From the IMG/VR virus record IMGVR_UViG_3300040811_000464: DNA of 64,000 bases, one strand, 5' to 3'. Positions within the stretch are counted from its first letter, which is position 1, and each line of letters starts with the position of its first letter. Below are positions 18,501 through 26,359 of this stretch, in pieces. The position numbers and the translations under genes were made by a program. Source of the DNA: an uncultured virus (IMG/VR IMGVR_UViG_3300040811_000464) (Duplodnaviria > Heunggongvirae > Uroviricota > Caudoviricetes). A model generated the notes under the pieces. That model did no database searches. It had not been told where the DNA came from and saw only the letters and a program-made list of their open reading frames with translations.

Positions 18501-21101
18501 AATTGGGAAATACCAGAAGGCATTGATGTTGAAGGATTTGATTTCTCATGGCATCCAGATATCTTAGACGAGCCCTTCATTTATCAGTTCGGTACTCAGT
18601 GGGCACTAACAGGTGGTCCAAAGTATACAGTTCAAGGTGCTACTAAAGTCAAGTATATTGAGCAACCAGTTGCGTACTCATTAGATACAGGCGACAGAAC
18701 AAACTGGAAAGTCCCAACAGATATCGAAGACTTTGACTTTAGTTGGCATCCATATGCAGAAGATGATCCGTTCATTTATCAATTTGGTACACAGCATCAA
18801 AAGACAGGTGGACCAACATATACAGTACCTGGTGCAAAAGACATTAAGTATGTTGACACAAGAATTATTAAAGCACGTAAGTTAGCAAACAGTAAACGTT
18901 TGCATTGGGTAGTGCCAGGTGATTTAGACGTAAGTAAGTTTGATTTTTCATGGCACCCAGATGATACCGCAGATCCTGCAATCTATCAGTTCGGTAGTAC
19001 AGCAGGTAAAGATGACGGTCCTAAGTATGTACAACCCGGCAATGATGGCAAAGTATTATATTTACAAAATATAGAATCAGACAACGTGATACCTGACGAA
19101 ATTGATGTTTACTTTATCGAAACAACTTTAGAAGATTTAGTAGCACAGCATCCAAACGAAGTATTCTGGGCATTGAATATGGATTTAGTTTACACAGACT
19201 TTGACTTTAGTTGGAGACCTGATGTCTATCAATCTAATTACATTCATGCGTTCGGTTCTAAAGATAATATCAACACACAAACATATTTTGTGAACTCAGC
19301 AATCTTTAAAGATGCAACAATTAACTATGTTGAGACTGATTCTATAGGAGAAATACAAGCCAACTTAGATATGTTCTATGTTGATAGAGGTAACAAAGAA
19401 GCAAAAGAACGATTTGCAAAATTACAGGAGAGATATCCTAACATACAAAAAACAAGATACTTAAATTCGTGGGTAGAAACTACTCGTAGATGTATAAACA
19501 GATCGACAACGAGTTTACTTTGGATTTTAAATTCAGAATTAGATTACGAAGAATTTGATTTTAATTATTATCCTAACCCATGGCAGATGAAAATGGTACA
19601 TGTGTTCGGTACACAATGGTCGCATTGGGGTACGACATACCTGGTTAACAGAGAAACATTTAATGAAGACACCAAATACATTAATGTCATCGAACACTTA
19701 GACAACTTAAACTTTGTAAAAGAAAACAGAGCAGTAGCCACTGAATGTGTTTACGATATTGTAGTTGTCGATCATGGTAATAAACAAACAGAAGCAGTTG
19801 TTAAGCAATTACAAGACAAAGCACCAAGACAACGTGTAAGTACTATCGAACATGATACAGATTATCTTACTACATTGAAAAAGATTGTTAATGATCAACC
19901 TAAACGTAAAGAACATTACATATGGATAGCATCATCGATATGTGATTACAGTGACTTTGACTTCTCTTATATATGTGATCCATTTGCACGTGATCAATTG
20001 CATGTGTTCCCAAGCAGTAAACAAAAGTTTGGAGATACATTCTTTATTGACGTTAATAAAACACGTGATTTGATCGACAACATGGAATCATTAGAAGACT
20101 ATGAGAAGATAAACTACAATCAAACGTTGCGTACACAACGTCTGAGAGCGCCTGTAATCGTTTCTGAGAGTGATACACATACAAAGACGTTAAAAGATAT
20201 AGACGAGTTTCCTTATGTAACTCTAGTATCTAAAACAGACGAAGATATACAAGTAGTTGATGAAGAACCTATGTCATTATGGACAGCAGAGTCTAAAAAT
20301 ATCATAGTCCAATCGACAGGTGCAACTAGAATTATAGTTCCGCGTGAAGTAAAAGATCACGTAAAAAGAGAACTATACGAGTACCCATATATTAAAAATG
20401 CCAATAGACTTGCGTTATCGAAGCCTATGGATATTGTTTTCTTATCAAACGGAGAGAAAGGAGCAGAGGAAAATTGGGAACATCTGCAAAAAATTACAAA
20501 AAATGTACCAAACAGAGTAGTAAGAGTAGATGGTGTTGATGGTCGTGTACAAGCATATCACGCATCAGCAGAAGCAAGTGAAACACCTTGGGCGTTTACT
20601 GTATTTGCTAAACTAAAAGTATCGCCCAAGTTTGACTTTAACTGGCAACCAGATAGAATGCAACAACCTAAGCATTATATCTTTGAAGCAAAGAATCCAG
20701 TCAATGGATTAGTCTATGGACATCAGGCTATGATTGCGTATAACAAAGACTTAACACTTAAGAACTATGGTTATGGCTTAGACTTTACGTTAGATGATGA
20801 ACATGCAAGTGTGCCTTTACTATCAGGCATCGCACAATATAACACAGATGAATTCTCTACATGGCGTACAGCATTCAGAGAAGTTATTAAGTTATTAGTT
20901 GATGATACAGAGATTAGTAAGAAACGATTAGAAGCATGGTTGAACGAAGCAGATCCAGATCAGCCTTTCTTCCAAGAATCAATCAAAGGTGCACTAGACG
21001 GAGAAGAATACTTCAATGAAGTTGATGGTGACTTTGAAAAGTTACGTTTAAGTTATGAATGGGAGTGGCTTAAAGAAAGATATGAAGAGGTTTCGTATTA
21101 G
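15534..21101 (+). CDS. 1855-aa repeat protein with C-terminal glycosyltransferase-like domains
   Basis: About 16 tandem FDFSW.P...YIYQFG units; C-terminal DIVFLSNGE...GVDG...AYH domain. Confidence 0.7.
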   Translation: MLRDVFYFGEKPNVHPRERKVFDIDEARKEATTDHFWIINEFCDYAGFDWEFDFDFLPDEDVWAEEHNNIWPSQHQKDSGTWLCAKEQSDIRVYRADVAPIKRKSIKNECWKLFDKIDENKFDFSWHPDPTDPPYIYVWGSKFATAQQRSVVEYHTPDNVGHVKYIDTLVELEPQMSRWKINEPIDESKVDFTWRPDPLDTEPFIYVWGSKWAPAEQVPILEYHVPGNDGTIKYIDKPVDLAVDMSVWEVLEEIEEDSFDFTWRPDPNETEPFNYVFGNQLYDGTIMPTLIYKVEGAEAVKYVTEYTPKLKSKPELFEFNEKIDMNEFDFSWRPNPTSPPYIYAWGNQWNKAEDKVSIEFKVEGATEYQFMPETTVRMPCADNWTIPDNIQKYTFDFSWEPNPNEPAMIHEFGTQHQKTGGPIYTVEGATETKYQNIFYAIATPTEDKWEIPDNIDTSEFDFSWHPDSTEPVPYIYHFPTQWAMSGGPVYRCDDAEEIKYVDSQVAKALPCKDNWEFNPKLIEEDSFDFSWHPYAEDEPYIYQFGTQWQKTGGPKYITPGVHEGSAVKYIDTRILKATRLADPNSFRVLNNYCIKGFDFSWHPDETSEPFIYQFGNQYYPAEQMPTLEYRVIGADEVSYVNDLIATLGHDKTNWEIPENVDVSEFDFSWKPNPNEPAMIHEFGTQWQKTGGPRYHVEGATEVKYETQFKAKALPKMDNWTVPENIDSDKFDYSWHPDATSPPYIYRFPTQWALSGGPVYKVDGAEEVKYVEDQVSKALPCKDNWEFDPKLIDEDDFDYSWHPYAEDEPFIYQFGTQWQKTGGHKYITPGAHEGSAIKYIDTRIIKSKRLPNPNNRHWGTLGNYKIKDFDYSWHHDETDEPFIYQFGNKFYSAEEMPTIEYRVIGAESVKYVHDVVAQLEENDEDWIIPDDVDTKNFDFGWRPSPLEDQAYIYQFGTQWQKTGGPQFIVEGATEVKYVEGNVAHKLPNKKNWEIPEGIDVEGFDFSWHPDILDEPFIYQFGTQWALTGGPKYTVQGATKVKYIEQPVAYSLDTGDRTNWKVPTDIEDFDFSWHPYAEDDPFIYQFGTQHQKTGGPTYTVPGAKDIKYVDTRIIKARKLANSKRLHWVVPGDLDVSKFDFSWHPDDTADPAIYQFGSTAGKDDGPKYVQPGNDGKVLYLQNIESDNVIPDEIDVYFIETTLEDLVAQHPNEVFWALNMDLVYTDFDFSWRPDVYQSNYIHAFGSKDNINTQTYFVNSAIFKDATINYVETDSIGEIQANLDMFYVDRGNKEAKERFAKLQERYPNIQKTRYLNSWVETTRRCINRSTTSLLWILNSELDYEEFDFNYYPNPWQMKMVHVFGTQWSHWGTTYLVNRETFNEDTKYINVIEHLDNLNFVKENRAVATECVYDIVVVDHGNKQTEAVVKQLQDKAPRQRVSTIEHDTDYLTTLKKIVNDQPKRKEHYIWIASSICDYSDFDFSYICDPFARDQLHVFPSSKQKFGDTFFIDVNKTRDLIDNMESLEDYEKINYNQTLRTQRLRAPVIVSESDTHTKTLKDIDEFPYVTLVSKTDEDIQVVDEEPMSLWTAESKNIIVQSTGATRIIVPREVKDHVKRELYEYPYIKNANRLALSKPMDIVFLSNGEKGAEENWEHLQKITKNVPNRVVRVDGVDGRVQAYHASAEASETPWAFTVFAKLKVSPKFDFNWQPDRMQQPKHYIFEAKNPVNGLVYGHQAMIAYNKDLTLKNYGYGLDFTLDDEHASVPLLSGIAQYNTDEFSTWRTAFREVIKLLVDDTEISKKRLEAWLNEADPDQPFFQESIKGALDGEEYFNEVDGDFEKLRLSYEWEWLKERYEEVSY
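15870..19070 (+). repeat. Intragenic tandem repeats of ~65-70 aa with a higher-order 4-unit block
   Basis: Units at ~16716 and ~17526 (FDFSW.PNPNEPAMIHEFG) are 810 nt apart, and the following three units also match pairwise. Confidence 0.85.
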
Positions 21102-22144
21102 TCGCCGTTAGGACTATTTTGTAAGTTTTTTCCGTTATAATCCCACCACTTTTCACAAAGATTATCCATAGCCTGTTGAAACTCTGGACTATTCCACATT
21201 GCTTTAAAGTTTGGATTATCATCATATAAATTTGTAAAATCGACTTCTTCATCTTGTGTATCTGCAATGTAATCCCAAGTCCATAACAACTTGCCATTGT
21301 CATCAGGATCTACTTCCATATGAGCCTGAATTTTGTTCTCATACTTTTCGCCGTATGGATCTTCAGTCTCGCCGCCGTCATCGTCAATTACCCAGCCATT
21401 GTTAACTCTTATCTTCTCTTTCATGTTAATAATTAAAAGAGGTCCGTTTTTATTATACTGATCAAAATAATTTGTAGACCTAGTAGCGGCTGTGCACCAC
21501 TGCGTTCCTTGTCCTAAATAACAAGAACCTTGCTCATCTTTAGGCCAGTAGATTGTTGCATATTTGCTGTCGTAGACTATTTCACTTTCGCCTTTATCTA
21601 ATTTTTCTTGTTTACCATATTGTGATTGAAGGGCTTGTACACCATTCATAAAGTCTGATGCAGAACTATATTGGCCAATGTCTCTGTATCTTTCTGGAAT
21701 TCGTTCTCTTAATTTGTAATACATTATTAATGATTCTTTAAGAGTTGATCTTGCATCTTCTATGTTTGGAAATGCATATGATCCTATTTCACCAGAGTTA
21801 ACATACCAATTAAGAAGATAAGGCATGTATTGTTTGTTTGCAGTAGGATCAAAGTCTTCAAATTGTGCAATTAGTTTTTCTACAATTTCATTCTTATGTT
21901 TATCAAATAGTTCTTGGTCAACATTTTCCCAAGGAGAAACTGGGCTAGATGTTCGTCCTCCAACACCCATAATATGAAGTGCAAGTTGTTGATAATCAGT
22001 CGGCTTACTCATAGGTCTACCTGCTTCAATATCGGGCTTAAGATCAATAATATCTTGTATTTGTAGTTTGTCTAGGATTTTATCGCCGAACCTACCCTTA
22101 GTAATTTCGGTTTTGTACTCGACTATGAATTCATAATAACGCAT
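21098..22144 (-). CDS. Hypothetical late protein with capsid-targeting-like N-terminus
   Basis: Starts MRYYEFIVE; GQGTQWCTAA...NYF..Y...GPL motif; TAAATA-N5-ATG upstream. Confidence 0.6.
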   Translation of the reverse strand: MRYYEFIVEYKTEITKGRFGDKILDKLQIQDIIDLKPDIEAGRPMSKPTDYQQLALHIMGVGGRTSSPVSPWENVDQELFDKHKNEIVEKLIAQFEDFDPTANKQYMPYLLNWYVNSGEIGSYAFPNIEDARSTLKESLIMYYKLRERIPERYRDIGQYSSASDFMNGVQALQSQYGKQEKLDKGESEIVYDSKYATIYWPKDEQGSCYLGQGTQWCTAATRSTNYFDQYNKNGPLLIINMKEKIRVNNGWVIDDDGGETEDPYGEKYENKIQAHMEVDPDDNGKLLWTWDYIADTQDEEVDFTNLYDDNPNFKAMWNSPEFQQAMDNLCEKWWDYNGKNLQNSPNGD

Positions 22145-22235
22145 GTATGTATTTAGTTAAAAATCATTTACCCAAAAGTATATGCCTAAAGTTTATTTGT
22201 GTTATAATAAATACTTCTCACAAAAGGAGATGTGT

Positions 22236-22598
22236 ATGAAGATAACAGGAACACAGTTAGGTACTACATTGATTGTAGCATTTTTCGCATTAATGATTGC
22301 TTGCCCGGTAAATGCAGAGAAATCTGATGAACGACTCATCCGTGAGAGTTCTAAAACATATACAGGAGCAACTCGTATCATCAATGGCAAAATTGTAAAG
22401 TATCCTCGTCATTATAGTTTACATACGCATCAAAAACGTGGGAACACTATGGTACATATGGGTAGTAACGCAGTACCTTACTATACAGGGTATGCTAGAC
22501 ATACGTATCATACTGAAGTTAAATACATTAAAGACGATGTAAATGACGCATTAGATACCGCAATTAAAATTCTAGTAATCAAAGAATTACTAGATTAA
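22236..22598 (+). CDS. Hypothetical secreted protein
   Basis: AAGGAG SD before ATG 22236; hydrophobic signal-like N-terminus ending VNA. Confidence 0.55.
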   Translation: MKITGTQLGTTLIVAFFALMIACPVNAEKSDERLIRESSKTYTGATRIINGKIVKYPRHYSLHTHQKRGNTMVHMGSNAVPYYTGYARHTYHTEVKYIKDDVNDALDTAIKILVIKELLD

Positions 22599-22603
22599 AT
22601 TAT

Positions 22604-22845
22604 TGTTGTATGAAGTGAAGTAAAAGGCACTTTGGACGCCGGTTCGACTCCGGCCACCTCCACCAATAAACAGCAGAGGGGGTGTATAGGGTTTCGACAG
22701 GGTGATTAGTAACTGAATGGACAACACAGTAGGCGATGACTGTAAATCAAGCAAATCTATAATTGGCAACGATTATACAATGGAAGACTACGCCTTAGCG
22801 GCCTAGTCCCCCGAGGTTCACGGTAGCCTCGTCACCCAATACCCA
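22604..22845 (+). ncRNA. ssrA: tmRNA gene, circularly permuted (two-piece); outer ends approximate
   Basis: T-arm GCCGGTTCGACTCCGGC plus CACCTCC-A-CCA ends at 22665 and precedes the 5' strand GGGGGTG...TTCGAC at 22678. G3:U70 pair present. Tag frame 22765-22806 encodes GNDYTMEDYALAA*. Confidence 0.92.
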
Positions 22846-22867
22846 GAGGGGCATTTATTTGCCCCTC
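22846..22867 (+). terminator. Hairpin at the end of the tmRNA gene
   Basis: GAGGGGC-atttattt-GCCCCTC. Confidence 0.6.
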
Positions 22868-22889
22868 GCCTATTTCGATAAATAGATAT

Positions 22890-24128
22890 ATGAACATATC
22901 TGAACTAGAAAAATTCAAAATTGAAGATGCGATCAACTTCCATGATGAGTTGAATCCTTTGTTGTTTGATGAAAACAATAAACTGAAGCCAAACATCAAA
23001 AAGCAATTAGAAATCATTACTGATGACTTTATAGAATACATGGGTATTCCTGATCTTGCTGTAGAAGATGTAATCATTACTGGTAGTAATGTTGCATTTA
23101 CATACACACCTCATTCGGATATTGATTTGCATCTACTTGTAGATTTTGCAGAACTTCCAGAGTCAGATGTTTATAAAGAATTATTCAATGCTAAAAAGTC
23201 TTTATATAACGACACATATGACATTACAGTTAGAGGTATTCCTGTAGAGTTATACGTACAAGACACAGCACAAGCACATACTAGTTTAGGCGAATATAGT
23301 CTTATGCAAGATAAGTTTACTCGTTTCCCTAGTAAACAAAGAGCAAACTTAGATGAAATCTCAGCAGAACATAAGTTTGAAAGATTAGAAGAACTGTGTA
23401 TTGAAGGTCTTAAGTCAAAAGACATCGATAAAGTAAACAATGTTTTATCTATCATTAAAAGATATAGACAAGCAGGCTTAGATAAGAAAGGAGAGTTCGG
23501 TCCTGAGAATTTAGCATTTAAGGCTATCAGATCCAAAGGATACTTTCAAGCACTATTTGATTTGCGTAACAAGTTAAGAGGTGAGCAATTATCTATCGAA
23601 GAAGAAATGTTCCGTAGAACGTTTGAAGAATCTATCGGTGTTTATAATAGCAAAGTCAATATTGCAGAAGGCGAAGATGGCGTAGAGCAGTTAGCAAAAC
23701 AGTTTAATATGAAAAATATGGAAGTTGCTAAGTATGTCGATCAGGCTGTCAAGTTTGAAATGAAACTGTCAAATAAAGATAAAGGTGAAGCATATAAACT
23801 AGCAATGAATAATCTTGCAAAAGATATAGAATATTATGACAAGATGGTTAGTTTTTTAGCCGCAGTTGAAAGAATAAACAGAAGTGCTAAAGATGACGTA
23901 GAAGTTCAAGTAAATGAAGCATCAGGATATATTCCAAGTGAAGCACAAAAGAACGATCCAAGATTTTCTTATGCTTTGACTGTAGACGTACATCCAGATA
24001 CTATGAAGAAACAAGCAAAAGCAATGGGCTTAGGAGACATTCAACGTGATGGTCGTCCCCCACTTCTAAGACCGGGCAAGAAGAAAACTAAGAATGCTAA
24101 AACAGACTTTGGCAAAGGCATCTATTGA
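22890..24128 (+). CDS. Pol-beta superfamily nucleotidyltransferase-domain protein
   Basis: ITGSN...SDIDLHL (GS...DxD) and downstream VELYVQD. Confidence 0.7.
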   Translation: MNISELEKFKIEDAINFHDELNPLLFDENNKLKPNIKKQLEIITDDFIEYMGIPDLAVEDVIITGSNVAFTYTPHSDIDLHLLVDFAELPESDVYKELFNAKKSLYNDTYDITVRGIPVELYVQDTAQAHTSLGEYSLMQDKFTRFPSKQRANLDEISAEHKFERLEELCIEGLKSKDIDKVNNVLSIIKRYRQAGLDKKGEFGPENLAFKAIRSKGYFQALFDLRNKLRGEQLSIEEEMFRRTFEESIGVYNSKVNIAEGEDGVEQLAKQFNMKNMEVAKYVDQAVKFEMKLSNKDKGEAYKLAMNNLAKDIEYYDKMVSFLAAVERINRSAKDDVEVQVNEASGYIPSEAQKNDPRFSYALTVDVHPDTMKKQAKAMGLGDIQRDGRPPLLRPGKKKTKNAKTDFGKGIY

Positions 24129-24709
24129 ACACCGAGTATTTCTTTACTGATCAATTTTTAAATGCTGATCTCTTACAACGTGTATCAGATGATAAACCAC
24201 TCATTGACTATCCTGGATATTTAATTAATCCAAACGGTGATTTATTAAAAGACAAAACTAACCCTACTCTTTATAATCGATATGATGACAATTCAATAGT
24301 TAAACGTTTGCTCCCTGACTCTATGGGAGAACTAATCGATTTGATACAACAAAAATTAAAGCCTTATTTAAAACGTCCAGTTATTTATAATTACAGGGTA
24401 CTAATAGACAATCAAATAAACCCGATGCATGACGCAGGTCGTTGGCATAAAGATTACAATCCTATAGAGAACTTTGACGATCCTACTAAACAATGGATTA
24501 CATTTTTTACTTTAAGTGATGCTAACGTAAATTCAGAATTTCAAGTATCATACGCAGATGAATGGCCAGATATATGGAGAAGAGGTGTAAGAGAAATTTT
24601 GACTAATAATAAATTGTTTGCCCATAATATGAATCTAGGCCATCAATACTATCAAAACGACAACAATGCTGTAACAATGATCTATATACGTTGGTACGAC
24701 AAACCTTAA
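24125..24709 (+). CDS. Putative 2OG-Fe(II) oxygenase-like protein
   Basis: WHKD plus a distal His; TTGA overlap start. Confidence 0.45.
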   Translation: MNTEYFFTDQFLNADLLQRVSDDKPLIDYPGYLINPNGDLLKDKTNPTLYNRYDDNSIVKRLLPDSMGELIDLIQQKLKPYLKRPVIYNYRVLIDNQINPMHDAGRWHKDYNPIENFDDPTKQWITFFTLSDANVNSEFQVSYADEWPDIWRRGVREILTNNKLFAHNMNLGHQYYQNDNNAVTMIYIRWYDKP

Positions 24710-24716
24710 ATAAAGG

Positions 24717-24745
24717 TTGACATTAGTATCCAAAGGTCGTATAAT
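24717..24745 (+). promoter_or_regulatory. Sigma70-type early promoter
   Basis: TTGACA-N17-TATAAT; spacer contains CCAAAGG. Confidence 0.85.
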
Positions 24746-24752
24746 TATGGGT

Positions 24753-25025
24753 ATGACTGAGAAATTCTCTAACGCAATCGAAGCCAGACAGTATTTGGAC
24801 TCACTTCAGAAACAAATTCGATCTCTATCATTTAATTATGATATGAGAAAACTATGGAACAACATTGTGCCCATGGTAGATGAATTGTCTACTATAGAAG
24901 TCAGATGCAGACAACGTAACAATTGGCAGGCCGCTGACGATTATAGAGCAAAAATACAACAAAACTGCGATATGATAGAGAAATATATCTTAATGTTAAC
25001 CCTTATGGAACCTGAGGAAGACTAA
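24753..25025 (+). CDS. Hypothetical early protein
   Basis: The TTG start at 24717 in the track is the -35 box. ATG 24753 lies 7 nt after the -10. Confidence 0.6.
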   Translation: MTEKFSNAIEARQYLDSLQKQIRSLSFNYDMRKLWNNIVPMVDELSTIEVRCRQRNNWQAADDYRAKIQQNCDMIEKYILMLTLMEPEED

Positions 25026-25075
25026 GTTGTTGATTCTTATAGGCAAAATAATTTCAATTATTTTTGCAAAAAGGC

Positions 25076-25104
25076 TTGACATCAGTACCCGAAGGCTCTA
25101 TAAT
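25076..25104 (+). promoter_or_regulatory. Sigma70-type early promoter
   Basis: TTGACA-N17-TATAAT; spacer contains ACCCGAAGG. Confidence 0.85.
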
Positions 25105-25138
25105 ACATAGTATATTCAATAAAAGAACGGAGTTAAAA

Positions 25139-26236
25139 ATGTCTCAATTAACTGAAAATCTGACTGTAACAAGTCAACAAGCAAAGCCCGCAATCAAAGC
25201 GGCTATGAAAGCAAATCGTCCATCATTCTTGTGGGGACCTCCCGGAGTCGGCAAGTCTGAACTTGTCGAGGAGATCACTAACGAGTTAGGTGGTCATATG
25301 ATTGATCTGCGTATGGCGCAGATGGAACCTACTGATATCAGAGGTATCCCTTTCTTCAACAAAGAATTAGGAGTTATGGATTGGGCTCCCCCAATCGAAC
25401 TTCCAACTGAAGAACTTGCTTCTCAGTATCCGTGTATTGTTCTTTTCTTAGATGAAATGAACTCAGCACCACCAGCAGTGCAGGCTGCAGGTTATCAACT
25501 TGTTCTTAATGGACGTGTTGGTAAGTATGTTCTTCCTAAGAATGTACATATTGTAGCCGCTGGTAACCGCGACTCTGATAAGGGTGTTACATATCGTATG
25601 CCGATGCCCCTTGCTAATCGTTTCATTCATTTAGAAATGCGTCCTGACTTTGCTTCTTGGCAGAACTGGGCTATCGAAAATCAAGTGCATGAGGACGTAG
25701 TTGGTTACTTGTCATTTGCAAAACAGGACTTGTATGATTTCGATGCTAAGTCTTCTTCACGTGCATTTGCTACTCCGCGTACATGGACATTTGTGTCTCA
25801 ATTGCTACAAGAAGAGGATATGGATCCCGATACTCTGTACAATCTTGTTGCTGGTACTGTTGGTGAGGGCCTTGCTACTAAGTTTGTAGCACATCGTAAG
25901 ATTGCTAGTAAAATGCCTAATCCATCTGATATCTTGTCAGGCAAAGTCAAAGAACTGTCTGTCAAAGAAATCTCTGCAATGTATTCCTTGACTATCTCAA
26001 TGTGCTATGAACTTAAGAGTGCCCTTGAGACTGATAAGGTCGATAACAAGAAGTTCCACGAAATGTGCGATAACTTCTTTGGCTATATCATGGCTAACTT
26101 TGAAACAGAGTTAGTGGTCATGGGTGCGAAAGTTGCACTCAAAACTTATAAGTTACCCATCGAACCCTCTCAGTTGAAAAACTTTGATGAGTTCCACAAA
26201 CGATATGGTAACTACATCGTTGAGGCTGGCAACTAA
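25139..26236 (+). CDS. MoxR-like AAA+ ATPase
   Basis: GPPGVGKS Walker A, LFLDE Walker B, AAGN and LANRF motifs; GGAG SD before ATG 25139. Confidence 0.85.
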   Translation: MSQLTENLTVTSQQAKPAIKAAMKANRPSFLWGPPGVGKSELVEEITNELGGHMIDLRMAQMEPTDIRGIPFFNKELGVMDWAPPIELPTEELASQYPCIVLFLDEMNSAPPAVQAAGYQLVLNGRVGKYVLPKNVHIVAAGNRDSDKGVTYRMPMPLANRFIHLEMRPDFASWQNWAIENQVHEDVVGYLSFAKQDLYDFDAKSSSRAFATPRTWTFVSQLLQEEDMDPDTLYNLVAGTVGEGLATKFVAHRKIASKMPNPSDILSGKVKELSVKEISAMYSLTISMCYELKSALETDKVDNKKFHEMCDNFFGYIMANFETELVVMGAKVALKTYKLPIEPSQLKNFDEFHKRYGNYIVEAGN

Positions 26237-26248
26237 AATTGCTGACCT

Positions 26249-26296
26249 GGGAGAGTGTAAGGTCCGAGACATTCCTTACACTTTCCCGAACTTTTT
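26249..26296 (+). terminator. Intrinsic terminator
   Basis: GGGAGAGTGTAAGG / CCTTACACTTTCCC stem followed by a T-tract. Confidence 0.7.
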
Positions 26297-26298
26297 GC

Positions 26299-26327
26299 TT
26301 GACATGTCTCCCCAAAGGTGATATAAT
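26299..26327 (+). promoter_or_regulatory. Sigma70-type early promoter
   Basis: TTGACA-N17-TATAAT; spacer contains CCCCAAAGG. Confidence 0.85.
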
Positions 26328-26359
26328 TATTAAATACTTTTGAGAAACGGAACTGACAC

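Noticed and set aside
15870..19070. CRISPR array or DGR template/variable repeats
   Set aside because: The repeats are protein-level and diverge at synonymous sites rather than only at adenines. No reverse transcriptase or cas gene is in the window.
22634..22665. Stand-alone tRNA
   Set aside because: There is no upstream acceptor 5' strand, D arm or anticodon arm. The pairing strand lies downstream, so this is the acceptor piece of a permuted tmRNA.
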